From: a virus
Length of the DNA: 64,000 nt
Direction: 5' to 3' (one strand)
IMG/VR virus record: IMGVR_UViG_3300028197_000962
Span: 36,190 to 100,189 of that record
Notes under the pieces: generated by a model
Told to the model about the DNA's origin: nothing
Databases searched by the model: none
Seen by the model: only the letters and a program-made list of their open reading frames with translations
Position numbers and translations under genes: made by a program
Shown: piece after piece, positions 9,515 through 19,032 of the stretch
Position numbering within the stretch: position 1 is the stretch's first letter
Layout: every line of letters starts with the position of its first letter

Positions 9515-11752
9515 TCAGACTCTACCAGCGACTTCCTCGAAGCTGACACCAGTTCTGGTGGCAACGAAGGTGAGGGAGACGTAGTTGATAGACTTGGCGG
9601 GTTTCAGGAAGATGTCCGCTCTGAACTCGTTGTTGTCAATGATGTCAGGAGTGTTATTTGTTTCGTCACAAATAACGAGGAAGTCATAGATTCCTCTCTT
9701 TGCCTGAACGTCACGTAGATAAGGTTCGACAATGTTTACGAAGTTTGCTCTCGTAATTTCATCGTTGAGTTCAAATAGTTGAGCTTTCGCAGCTCCCTCT
9801 AAGGCTTGCTCCACAGTGAGGAACAGACGCCTAACGTTGATTCTATCGAACGCGGAGGCATAACCAAGGGCAGTCTTATCACCAAAGAGAAGAATACCAA
9901 TACCAGGTTGGAATGAAATCGGGTTCACACGTGCCTGATAAAGTTCGTCTCTCTGATTTTGATTAGGATTGAATGCCAGTTTAACAGCATTGTTTAGTAC
10001 ACCACGCTGTTGACCAGCAGGTGAGAACCAAGGGAATGCTCTAATATTAGTACGGGTCATGAGACCAGCAACGTCACCATTAGTTGGAATATAACGGAAG
10101 ACGTTATTAAAGCGGTCATAAGTGTACTTATAACCAGAATCAATGATGCCGTAGGAGGAAGACTTAACTCCGTTGGCAAATTTCAAGATGTTTGAAGTTT
10201 GAGTGTCATCATCGATAACACCAACAACACCAGATCTGTGAGGAGAAACAACTGCGACACAATCCTGTCTTTGCTCGGCAATCGAGATGAGTCTGTTTGC
10301 CTTAGCTTGGGACTCTTCAACGCCGTTGATTGATGGACCCATGATGATATAATCAACTTCCAACTCTTCCTTATTCTTGAAGAGGTTGTATGAAGTAATT
10401 AGATCACCCAACGTTGCTTTATGTCCACCAGTTGCACTGTAATCAGAACCACCACTGAATGCGTAACCAACGTTACCCAAAGCAGCGTAAGTAATGCCCT
10501 GAGCGTTCTGACCCCAGAGACCTTCGCCAGTCGAAAGAGGCGTGAAGTGTGTAGCGAAACCAGTTGCTCTGGGAACAGTACCCCAGAAAGAATCTTCGTC
10601 ACTGGATGGGTTGTAACCAGCGTATGCATATCCAGAGAAATCAGCAAGGAAGTCCTTGTACCAGATTTTCTGAGGAGCATTTACAGAGGAAACACTATCA
10701 AGTGCTTTGGACAGTGAAGAGAACTTCTCAACAATGTTACCTTGAATACCAGTTACGGCACCGTCATCATCAACGATACAGATATTCATACCATCATTGT
10801 AACCTTGACGCTCAGAAACGTAGTTGTTGGTTACAGGACGTGGAGAAATCGACTTCCAGAACACCGTTCCATTATCGATTGGAAGTTGTTGCTGATCATA
10901 CCAGTCAACTGCTGTCTTGGCATCAATACCAGTAGCATAGATGGTGGAGTTTGCAACAGCACCAGTTGCGTTATTAAAGAAGAGATTGTCGTCTGATTGA
11001 ACAGTGCTGCCAACGGAGAGAGATGCTGCTGGATCGTTCTTAGCGTATGCAATCCTAACTGAGGTAGATCCAACACCAACAGCGTTAATTCTATCTGTCC
11101 ACTTAACGTCGAAGGAAGAGTTGCTACCAGTAGAATCGGTCTTAACACCAGTAACGATACCTTTCAGGTAACCAGTGGTGACTGTGGAAAGCGTACCAGC
11201 AGTAGAATTAGGAACAACTAGGTTCGTAAGACCAACAGTAACACCATAACCAACGGTGATACCCATACCAGCAAGACTGGTAGTAGTAACACCAACAGTT
11301 TGGTCTGCAAGGTCATCAATGAAACAAAGTTTCAGACCATTTGCCCATCTACCAGGAGTTTTAGCAGCGTAGTTCCAACCAGTGTCTGTCTGATAGTTCT
11401 CACTATAATCATCATAATTTTTAATTTTTAAACTTGTATCCGCATATACATCATTACCAGCGTTAGCGTTGTTAAGAGTTGCGCCATCAGTTCTTACAAC
11501 TTTAAGGACACCGCCGTAAGTAAGGAAGGAACTAGCAGTCATCCAATATTCATATTGGGCATCGGTGCTGATCGGCTTACCATATACTTCAATTAACTCT
11601 TGCTCGGTCTCAACGGTATAGCACTCATCAACAGGACCCTTTGTAAAAGGTCCGCAAATGCCACCAATATTATCTAAAACGTTCTCGGCTCTACCAACAG
11701 TGAGGTCAACCTCTCTAATTAGTACACCAGGAGACAATAATGCTACTGCCAT
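9515..11752 (-). CDS. gp18: Tail sheath protein gp18
   Basis: LSPGVLIREVDLT, PWFSPAG, FDRINVRRLF, KPAKSINY. Confidence 0.98.
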   Translation of the reverse strand: MAVALLSPGVLIREVDLTVGRAENVLDNIGGICGPFTKGPVDECYTVETEQELIEVYGKPISTDAQYEYWMTASSFLTYGGVLKVVRTDGATLNNANAGNDVYADTSLKIKNYDDYSENYQTDTGWNYAAKTPGRWANGLKLCFIDDLADQTVGVTTTSLAGMGITVGYGVTVGLTNLVVPNSTAGTLSTVTTGYLKGIVTGVKTDSTGSNSSFDVKWTDRINAVGVGSTSVRIAYAKNDPAASLSVGSTVQSDDNLFFNNATGAVANSTIYATGIDAKTAVDWYDQQQLPIDNGTVFWKSISPRPVTNNYVSERQGYNDGMNICIVDDDGAVTGIQGNIVEKFSSLSKALDSVSSVNAPQKIWYKDFLADFSGYAYAGYNPSSDEDSFWGTVPRATGFATHFTPLSTGEGLWGQNAQGITYAALGNVGYAFSGGSDYSATGGHKATLGDLITSYNLFKNKEELEVDYIIMGPSINGVEESQAKANRLISIAEQRQDCVAVVSPHRSGVVGVIDDDTQTSNILKFANGVKSSSYGIIDSGYKYTYDRFNNVFRYIPTNGDVAGLMTRTNIRAFPWFSPAGQQRGVLNNAVKLAFNPNQNQRDELYQARVNPISFQPGIGILLFGDKTALGYASAFDRINVRRLFLTVEQALEGAAKAQLFELNDEITRANFVNIVEPYLRDVQAKRGIYDFLVICDETNNTPDIIDNNEFRADIFLKPAKSINYVSLTFVATRTGVSFEEVAGRV

Positions 11753-11786
11753 TGTTTACTCCGTTAGGTCCATATTTGTCTAAGAA

Positions 11787-11794
11787 TATTTATT
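11787..11794 (-). promoter_or_regulatory. Late promoter AATAAATA for gp18
   Basis: ATAAATA core ~35 nt upstream of gp18. Confidence 0.7.
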
Positions 11795-11834
11795 GTTTTA
11801 AATGTTTTGACGGGGGGAACTGGGACGTGAATAC

Positions 11835-12065
11835 CTACCAATCAGGATATTTCCACTCTTTGAAGTAGTTTTGATTCATCCTATGCTTTAAAACTCTCTT
11901 TTTTGTACACTCCTTACATTCATATGCATATGATGATGGAACAGGACCTTTATCCTTTCTAGTTCTGTAAAATTCCTCAACTAAATTTTTTGTTTCTCCG
12001 CAAATTTTACAAGTTCTATCATTAAGAAGAAAATGCCCAAGACTAATTTGATCGTCTAAGTCCAT
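11835..12065 (-). CDS. Small CxxC...CxxC zinc-binding protein
   Basis: CKIC...CKEC; start at 12065 via TAATG overlap with the gp17 stop. Confidence 0.75.
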   Translation of the reverse strand: MDLDDQISLGHFLLNDRTCKICGETKNLVEEFYRTRKDKGPVPSSYAYECKECTKKRVLKHRMNQNYFKEWKYPDW

Positions 12066-13729
12066 TACAGATAGTTCCACATATAATCAGCACCACCTTG
12101 TGCATCACCATAGGTGCCATCAAGATGCCATCTTTCACCATCACTATCAACAAAACTAGATTCATCATTTATACCATCATCTAAGAATCCAAATGGTGCC
12201 ATGTCTTGTTCAATCTGATTCTTCTGTTCTTCGTAAAGTCTTTTACGAACATCTTGGTCAGTTAGTTCTTTGAAGTAATCCTGTGCTACTAACCAAGCGT
12301 AAATAACCAAACACATAGCAAGGTCATCATTGCATCCATCTTCTGCTTCAAAAGAATTGCTCTTTGAGATAAAAGTAGTTAGTTCACTAATAACATTGTA
12401 GTCTTTAAAAAGAATTTTATCTGCTTCAATCATGGTCTTCAAATTAAGAGACCCAATCTTTTTAACAGTCTTGGACATCTTGACTCCTAACTGAGTCTTG
12501 CTTCCAGAAAACCCTTGTCCAACAACCTGACCAGCTCTACCTCTCATAGAACACATCAGTAAATTTTGATATTCCAGATCATATTGCAAAATACTTGCTA
12601 CCTGATCTCCAATGTCATTTACCTCAGTAAGAATAAACGCTTCATTATATGCCTTAGCTGTTGAGTAGATAATATTAGGAAACAACATTGGTTTGATATG
12701 ATTATCTCTATACTTTGCCACAACTTTATGTGGGAAAGATGTAATATCTACAATGATGAATGCAGAATAGTCCTCTCCAACACCTCTTGCTACGTCAACT
12801 GTGCAAACATAGTCATGATCCTTTTCCGGATCGGCATATACGTCTAAACTATTGTTTGAAGTCTTAGGGGCCTCATATGCCAAACTTCTTAATTTTGCTG
12901 GATCAATTAATGTATCAACAGATCCTAGAAACTCACACTCAAACTCAACTTTAAACTGTTGTTCTGATGTGTTTTTGACTGTTTGCTCACGCCACTTGGC
13001 ATCTCTACCTGGTACTTCTGACCAGTGAACCTGAGTAGGAACATATTCATTCTGCTCTCTTTCCGCATCATGCCACATACGGTAGAAGTGGTTCATACCC
13101 TTAGGGGTAGATACGATAATAATCTTGGTAGACTTACCAGATGAAATCGTAGGATAAACTGAACTAAAAAAGTCGTCAGCAATATGGTTTGGAACAAACG
13201 CAAATTCGTCCAAGAAGATAATGTTGAACGACATACCACGAACGGCAGCAGCAGATGTAGATGCTGCAAGAATTTTACTACCGTTCTCTAATTCTAAACT
13301 ACCTTTATTCCATGCAAGGATGCCCTGTTGCATCCACTTGGGAAGATTCTCATATGCTGTCTGCAATCTACCCAGAAGATCTCTTGCCGTAGATGCTTTG
13401 TTTGCTAGAATACCAATGTTTACATTATTATTGAACACTGCATAATGCAACAAATAAGAAACCGACGTGGTAGACTTACCAGTCTGTCGTGGCATCATGC
13501 AGATGTTGAATCGATTCTCATGAAATCGATTGATTAGTTTCTCTTGAAATGGCCACATCTCAAAAGGAACAAGACCCTCATCAACGTTGACGATCTTTAC
13601 ATATTTTTTTGCAAAGTAGACAGGATCAGCCTGACACTTGATCATCTCCTGGACTTGATTCTCAGTATACTCAATCTGAGTATTTGCTTTTTTTAGATTG
13701 GGATTACCAAGATAGATTCCATTATCCAT
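12065..13729 (-). CDS. gp17: Terminase large subunit gp17
   Basis: YLGNPNLK, PRQTGKST (Walker A), LDEFAF (Walker B), VDVARG, NDDLAM; start at ATG 13729. Confidence 0.98.
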   Translation of the reverse strand: MDNGIYLGNPNLKKANTQIEYTENQVQEMIKCQADPVYFAKKYVKIVNVDEGLVPFEMWPFQEKLINRFHENRFNICMMPRQTGKSTTSVSYLLHYAVFNNNVNIGILANKASTARDLLGRLQTAYENLPKWMQQGILAWNKGSLELENGSKILAASTSAAAVRGMSFNIIFLDEFAFVPNHIADDFFSSVYPTISSGKSTKIIIVSTPKGMNHFYRMWHDAEREQNEYVPTQVHWSEVPGRDAKWREQTVKNTSEQQFKVEFECEFLGSVDTLIDPAKLRSLAYEAPKTSNNSLDVYADPEKDHDYVCTVDVARGVGEDYSAFIIVDITSFPHKVVAKYRDNHIKPMLFPNIIYSTAKAYNEAFILTEVNDIGDQVASILQYDLEYQNLLMCSMRGRAGQVVGQGFSGSKTQLGVKMSKTVKKIGSLNLKTMIEADKILFKDYNVISELTTFISKSNSFEAEDGCNDDLAMCLVIYAWLVAQDYFKELTDQDVRKRLYEEQKNQIEQDMAPFGFLDDGINDESSFVDSDGERWHLDGTYGDAQGGADYMWNYL

Positions 13730-13730
13730 G

Positions 13731-13889
13731 TCAAGTCCACTTAGGGGGATTATGTGGGCACCTTGCAAATGGAAATTTTGTTTTAATTTCCATAAAACAA
13801 TTGCAAATAGCGCACCTCTTATATTTACCCTTTAAATATTCACAGGATTCACAGATCTTCAATCTCTCCTGAGGAGTCATCCTTTCCAT
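13731..13889 (-). CDS. Small Cys-rich protein (DUF6171-like), below ORF-track cutoff
   Basis: Manual translation MERMTPQERLKICESCEYLKGKYKRCAICNCFMEIKTKFPFARCPHNPPKWT; fills the gap before gp17. Confidence 0.75.
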   Translation of the reverse strand: MERMTPQERLKICESCEYLKGKYKRCAICNCFMEIKTKFPFARCPHNPPKWT

Positions 13890-14088
13890 ACTTTCTCAAA
13901 CTAACTAATCGTTTTTCCCAAGTGTCTCCGATTTCTGATCCGACCATTGGATTGACGCATGTTTCATCGCCAAGATTATTGCACACCAATCCAGCTAAAT
14001 CAACTTCGCTGCCAATTTTACCAGTGAACCAATAGTGTTGACCATCTACCCATGTTGCCCCACATTTGGGGCAGGATTTCGTGTCCAT
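13849..14088 (-). CDS. Hypothetical protein (CPKC motif)
   Basis: 79-aa ORF preceded by a late promoter. Confidence 0.72.
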   Translation of the reverse strand: MDTKSCPKCGATWVDGQHYWFTGKIGSEVDLAGLVCNNLGDETCVNPMVGSEIGDTWEKRLVSLRKYGKDDSSGEIEDL

Positions 14089-14120
14089 ATGAACTATGAA
14101 AATTTAGTATAATTCCTATT

Positions 14121-14128
14121 TATTTATA
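14121..14128 (-). promoter_or_regulatory. Late promoter TATAAATA
   Basis: Exact consensus ~33 nt upstream of ORF 14088, heading the gp17 unit. Confidence 0.8.
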
Positions 14129-14162
14129 TGTTGGTATCAATTGGTATCAAAATGATACAATA

Positions 14163-15572
14163 TCAGCATTTCCACTTTCTCAATGCAAGTGCTTTACGGG
14201 TTGGACGACCCTTCTCATCCTTCATTGGTCCCTTCATTCCACCCATGCGGGCACAGAAAGATCTTTTTCTAGGACCACCCTCAGGTTGAGGTGCTTTTAA
14301 ATCAGAACCAGGATTCTCTCGCTCATAAGACTTACGACCCTTTTCATTGAGACCGCCTTCTTTGTTCTTACCCGCTTTACGTTGCCATGCAGCACTCTTT
14401 GCTTCTGTCTGAACGTTCATGTCAGTCTTTTTATTTGACTTCAATGCTTTTTGTTGAAGTTGAAGTTTCTGACGATTGAGAACAAGTTGTTTACGCTGAA
14501 TCATTTGATCTCTACGATCTAGCGAATCATTCTTTCCATCGTTCTGCTCCTCAGCAACTCTGATCAATGGTTGAGTTGGATCAGGACTGGATGGAGAATA
14601 CTTAGTAACGCGAGCATCCGGGTATACCTTTTGAACAGCGTCTGTAATCTCTGCTTTACTAGGAACTCTCAGCGATGGGAAGAACAATTGAGTCATATAG
14701 AACTTACCTCGGAAGGTGAGGAAGATTCTCATGACTTGACCATTCTGACGAGGAATGGTAGCTGCTTCTTGTACTTCAAATTCTTCTTTCTTCGTCTTCT
14801 TGACACAGTTTGGATATCTTTTTCCAAACATAGTCTTCATACCTTTTTTCTCATATCCTTTCCAACATGCTTCACCAAGTTTGTTTGTCTCAACAAAACC
14901 ATTTGCTTCAAGAGCAGCAATTTGAGAAGGTGAGAATCCTTCTTTCTTAGTGCTATTACCCCAATTAGCAGCACCCTTCTTACGGCACTTTACAAGGGCA
15001 CCAGAAGCGTATGCAGAAGGCCATACAGAGTAACGAGATTTTACTTTATGATAGCAGGCATCTTTTGTCCCACTACCCTTACCTTTCTTATCTGCTTCTG
15101 AAAATACTTCTTCTTTCATTTTCTTTTTATCAGTAGAAACGTAAGTTGGTTTGGCAGCACTAGATTTTGATTGTTGTCCTGGATCTGCTTTCTTTTTGCG
15201 ACGAGATGCAGAAAGTCTTTCGGACTTGCTCATGCTCGCTCGTTTTGATGATGAGACACATTTAGGTGTCCCCTCTCCTGGTTTATCACTGGCGCAAGTC
15301 CCACCTGTGACAACGTTGACCCAACCACCCTTACCATCCTTTGACTTGGATCCTTTGAACCACTTGTTGAGGGAACCTTCGCTAACCCCACCATTAGAGC
15401 CCCCATTCCCATTTCCATTCCCATTCTTAGTCTCATCATCTACACTATGTCCATTTTCTTTACCTAGCATACCAGACCGGCCAACTATTTTAAATCCTTT
15501 GGGGATAGGTTTACACTTTTTATCAGTGTAGCAATAGTATTGTCCCTCAGGACAGCGACCGTTCTTTTTCAT
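14163..15572 (-). CDS. Modular basic protein (DUF5872/DUF6321-like modules), candidate internal head protein
   Basis: Lys/Cys-rich modules (DACYHKVKSRYSVWPSAYASG; AAWQRKAGKNKEGGLNEKGRKSY) separated by acidic linkers; late promoter ATAAATA at 15596-15602. Confidence 0.75.
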   Translation of the reverse strand: MKKNGRCPEGQYYCYTDKKCKPIPKGFKIVGRSGMLGKENGHSVDDETKNGNGNGNGGSNGGVSEGSLNKWFKGSKSKDGKGGWVNVVTGGTCASDKPGEGTPKCVSSSKRASMSKSERLSASRRKKKADPGQQSKSSAAKPTYVSTDKKKMKEEVFSEADKKGKGSGTKDACYHKVKSRYSVWPSAYASGALVKCRKKGAANWGNSTKKEGFSPSQIAALEANGFVETNKLGEACWKGYEKKGMKTMFGKRYPNCVKKTKKEEFEVQEAATIPRQNGQVMRIFLTFRGKFYMTQLFFPSLRVPSKAEITDAVQKVYPDARVTKYSPSSPDPTQPLIRVAEEQNDGKNDSLDRRDQMIQRKQLVLNRQKLQLQQKALKSNKKTDMNVQTEAKSAAWQRKAGKNKEGGLNEKGRKSYERENPGSDLKAPQPEGGPRKRSFCARMGGMKGPMKDEKGRPTRKALALRKWKC

Positions 15573-15601
15573 TCAAGAGAGTAATTACTCGTTATTATTT
15601 A

Positions 15602-17554
15602 TCATCCATCAAGTGCCACACTAAGACCAATAGTCATACCAGGTAGTGACTGCCAAGAAGTCCCATCATAAAATTCGAGTTTTAATGATGTTGTATTAAA
15701 GATGATAGCACCTTGTGAGAAAGATCCAGCATCCCTAGCAGTTGTTGTATATAGAGGTGGATAGAATGCAGTAGAAGCTTTTAAAGTAGCAGCAGTAATA
15801 ATACCAGTAGTATTAATAGAAACTGTTGTACCAATACCAACAGATGCTTCTCTTCCTTGACTATCACTAAAAGCAATTTCTCCTGAGGCATTTTGATGTA
15901 TTCTAACAGTGGTTCCTGTACCAATAATTATTTCATCAATACCTTCAATTTTTTTAGCAGTTGGATCTAAGGTAATTGATCCTTGACCAATCGTAAGAAT
16001 GCCTGTGACTCTTGCATCACCATTAACAAGAAGAGCCGTTGTAGCAGTGCCTGTGTTAACAATTAAACCGCTTCTAAACGTACCGATGCCAAGAGAATCT
16101 ACATGCTTGACATCATCATATGTGATTGTTCCTCCAACATTAACATTACCAGTTGCTTCAATATCACCAACAACAAATAATGATGTTCCTGCCTTTGCCT
16201 GAGTAGTATTGATACCAACAATTCTTGTTGTTGATACACCTACATTATTGGAGAACCAAGTTCCACCAACACCAGTTCCACTGTTAGGAACTGTCAACCA
16301 CTTTGAACTTGCAGAATCATATTGTAAAATATATTCATCGTCGAGACCAGTGATATCAACATCATCAAGATCTTTAATAAATCCTGCGCCGCCGCCGCCC
16401 ATTGTGGACATCTGGGTTTGGATTCTATTGATAAAAATTCTATAATGAGATGCAAGATCACTTAGAGTTGCAAACTTTTGATCTAATGGGGTAAGTGGAT
16501 CTTGTCCAGAACCAATATTCTCTGCTTCATCCGGAGGTTCAGTAAGAAGATAATTTTCCTGTAAGTCCTCTACCTTTTCTTGTCTTACTTGAATTTGCTC
16601 AACAATCTCTCTCAGGCTCTCAAAGTTTTTGAGTTCCTTTTTGATTTTTTTGAGTTCTTCTTCGTAATATTTTGGTTTGGGTAAACCACTAAGTTTTGTT
16701 TTTAATGATTCTACTTCTTTATCTAATTTATTTCCAACAAACTCAAACTTTTCATTCAATGAAGTCTGAATACGTTTTACAGTTTCCTCAGTAACTTCTT
16801 GTAAATGATCTACTTTATTATCTACTTGATCTGAGAATGAAATCTCAAACTCTTTTTGATTTTCTTTAAGTTTCTTTTGGAGTTTCCAAACAATGTCAGA
16901 CTGTTCCTTTAACTGACCATAAATTTGTTCTTTGAGAGAATCTACCCTATTATGTACGTTTTTAAAATCTGTTTTTGATTCAAAAGCAGAAGTATCTTTC
17001 TCATCTTGAATCCTATTTAATTCTATTTCAACCTGATCTGATAAAGTTTGTACACAATCTTTTATTGAATTAAATCTTTCGTCAACAGTATTAAAAGTTT
17101 GTCCTACCCAAGTAAAATCTGGAACCTCTGATACCTTTTCAATCCATACAGGAAGAGTTGGAATAGATTCTTTTACAGATTGAACCGTCTCCTTAATTGC
17201 TTCTAGTTCTTCTTCGTAATATCTTACTTCTGGAACAACAGGGATGGATTCTCTTACATCATCAATAACTTCACAGAGTGCTTCTAATTCTTTATCATAT
17301 GATTTAATTTCTGGAACTTCTGGAATACTTTCTTTAACATCATTGATCAGACGGAGAAGTTCTCCCCATTCTGGTGCCTGAACAAGGTCAGTTACTTCAA
17401 TACTTGCATTTCCATCAGCATCATCAATTATCTGTGTTTCTTCTTCTAATTCTTCTACCTCAATAAAATCTTCAACAGAAGGAAGTTCACCCTGCCCTAC
17501 GACATCCTCAATGGATGGTAACTCGTTAATATGCTCTTCGGGCATTTCGGTCAC
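15602..17554 (-). CDS. Coiled-coil protein with fibre-like C-terminus
   Basis: ~390-aa acidic coiled coil with PEVxxY repeats, then GGGG linker and Gly/Thr-rich beta region ending FYDGTSW. Confidence 0.75.
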   Translation of the reverse strand: MTEMPEEHINELPSIEDVVGQGELPSVEDFIEVEELEEETQIIDDADGNASIEVTDLVQAPEWGELLRLINDVKESIPEVPEIKSYDKELEALCEVIDDVRESIPVVPEVRYYEEELEAIKETVQSVKESIPTLPVWIEKVSEVPDFTWVGQTFNTVDERFNSIKDCVQTLSDQVEIELNRIQDEKDTSAFESKTDFKNVHNRVDSLKEQIYGQLKEQSDIVWKLQKKLKENQKEFEISFSDQVDNKVDHLQEVTEETVKRIQTSLNEKFEFVGNKLDKEVESLKTKLSGLPKPKYYEEELKKIKKELKNFESLREIVEQIQVRQEKVEDLQENYLLTEPPDEAENIGSGQDPLTPLDQKFATLSDLASHYRIFINRIQTQMSTMGGGGAGFIKDLDDVDITGLDDEYILQYDSASSKWLTVPNSGTGVGGTWFSNNVGVSTTRIVGINTTQAKAGTSLFVVGDIEATGNVNVGGTITYDDVKHVDSLGIGTFRSGLIVNTGTATTALLVNGDARVTGILTIGQGSITLDPTAKKIEGIDEIIIGTGTTVRIHQNASGEIAFSDSQGREASVGIGTTVSINTTGIITAATLKASTAFYPPLYTTTARDAGSFSQGAIIFNTTSLKLEFYDGTSWQSLPGMTIGLSVALDG

Positions 17555-17565
17555 AACTTTTTTAC

Positions 17566-17982
17566 CTATTTATTTTGGGACTTTTGGGCATCTTTTAGCA
17601 TCTTAGTTAAATCAGCAGTTGACCCAACAAAAAGAGCATTGGTGACATTGGTAGGACCTTTTTGTGTGTCCTCCTCAACATCTTTCAATTTCTTTTGCAA
17701 GTCCATTAACTTGTCAGTTGCATCAGAAACGCTTTTGATTAATTGACCAGCAACTTCATATGCTCTTGGCATTTCACTTTCCTGAGCCAATTCAAGAATA
17801 CCATTAATTGCTTCTTGACCTTTCTCAATTATACTATAAAGATTACCTCTCGTATACTCATAATCTTTTTTGACATCTGTCTTTTCTCTATCAAGAGGGG
17901 GTTTCATTACCTTAACCTCTTTTGTTGCTTCGACAATATCGCTTGCAACATCAAATGTATCTTCTAGGTTATCAAACTTCAT
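17566..17982 (-). CDS. gp16: Terminase small subunit gp16
   Basis: DYEYTRGNLY, PRAYEVAGQLIK, NALFVGSTADL. Confidence 0.95.
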   Translation of the reverse strand: MKFDNLEDTFDVASDIVEATKEVKVMKPPLDREKTDVKKDYEYTRGNLYSIIEKGQEAINGILELAQESEMPRAYEVAGQLIKSVSDATDKLMDLQKKLKDVEEDTQKGPTNVTNALFVGSTADLTKMLKDAQKSQNK

Positions 17983-19007
17983 GACATGTCCGTGCTAAAA
18001 TCTTGATAGAATGAAGTTGTCTCATTGAAACCAAAGTCATCTCCGATTTCAATGAGAGCATCATCAGCAGTATTCAAGATATTAACACCAGAACCTTGAA
18101 CATGATCCACAGCGATTGTTCCATCTTGACCTCTTCTTACTTTCAGATTATTGCCAGTGATAGATTCAATAAAGAGTTCTTCACTATTGATAGTTACATA
18201 GGTTTCTTCACTAAACGGTGTTGTTGTAGTGAGAGTGAGAATAGTCTCTGTGGATTCGATGTCTTCGTCTAAGTATGCAGATGCATCTCCAACGTAGTTT
18301 TTGGTTGCTCTTGGCGTAACAGTGTAGCGAAGTTCCCTTCTGGGATTCTTCACATCTATGTTCGTCATGTAATTGAGAGTAGCCTTCTTGATAATACCAG
18401 TGGTCTGATCTGGTGTAGGACCGAACAGATAAGTTTTAGCAGTAAATCTTAGAGTATAGATCAGTGCTCTTCTAGAAGAGAAGTCACCTTCATAATCATC
18501 AGTAAAGTTTACTGAATCTAGAATGATTGGAATATCTCTCTTCTCATTAATCTCACCAACCATCTGAATGGTAACATTATATGATGGTTGAAAATATGGT
18601 AAAATTTGTTCAATAATTTGAAGAGCATCATCATTCAACTTAGTCATGATGCTCAACTCAAATGCCATGTTATAAGGAACTGGCATGTATGCTTTTTTGA
18701 TAGTCGAAGTTGAATCGACTTTTTTAGATAAGAATGTTTGAGTTTGAGAAACTTTTCTACTGGGATCATAAGTCAAACCAGTAAACTCAAATGACATCCT
18801 TGGTAAAGTAATGGATGTTGGTTTATTGAGTTGAGGTGTTTGCTCAATTCTTGCTAAGAACTTCTGTGTTGGTCCATATGCCAATGGAACCTTCATAACA
18901 CTTACAATGGATCCACTGTCAAAATGTTTGATGGTAATGTCATTGAATAGCGTGCCGAACCCAATAACGGTTCTTCTCAACACCTCATTGTAAAAGTATT
19001 CAAACAT
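17979..19007 (-). CDS. gp15: Tail sheath stabiliser/completion protein gp15
   Basis: FGTLFNDI, VPLAYGPTQKF, LPRMSFE, EQILPYFQP. Confidence 0.95.
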   Translation of the reverse strand: MFEYFYNEVLRRTVIGFGTLFNDITIKHFDSGSIVSVMKVPLAYGPTQKFLARIEQTPQLNKPTSITLPRMSFEFTGLTYDPSRKVSQTQTFLSKKVDSTSTIKKAYMPVPYNMAFELSIMTKLNDDALQIIEQILPYFQPSYNVTIQMVGEINEKRDIPIILDSVNFTDDYEGDFSSRRALIYTLRFTAKTYLFGPTPDQTTGIIKKATLNYMTNIDVKNPRRELRYTVTPRATKNYVGDASAYLDEDIESTETILTLTTTTPFSEETYVTINSEELFIESITGNNLKVRRGQDGTIAVDHVQGSGVNILNTADDALIEIGDDFGFNETTSFYQDFSTDMS

Positions 19008-19032
19008 TTTTACAGTCCATTGTTATAGTTAT

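Noticed and set aside
12065-13729. Possible intein or intron in terminase and other core genes
   Set aside because: Lengths are typical and frames uninterrupted; no splice motifs seen
15400-15430. CCATT(T)C short tandem repeats
   Set aside because: Encode a simple GNGNGNG linker in the modular protein
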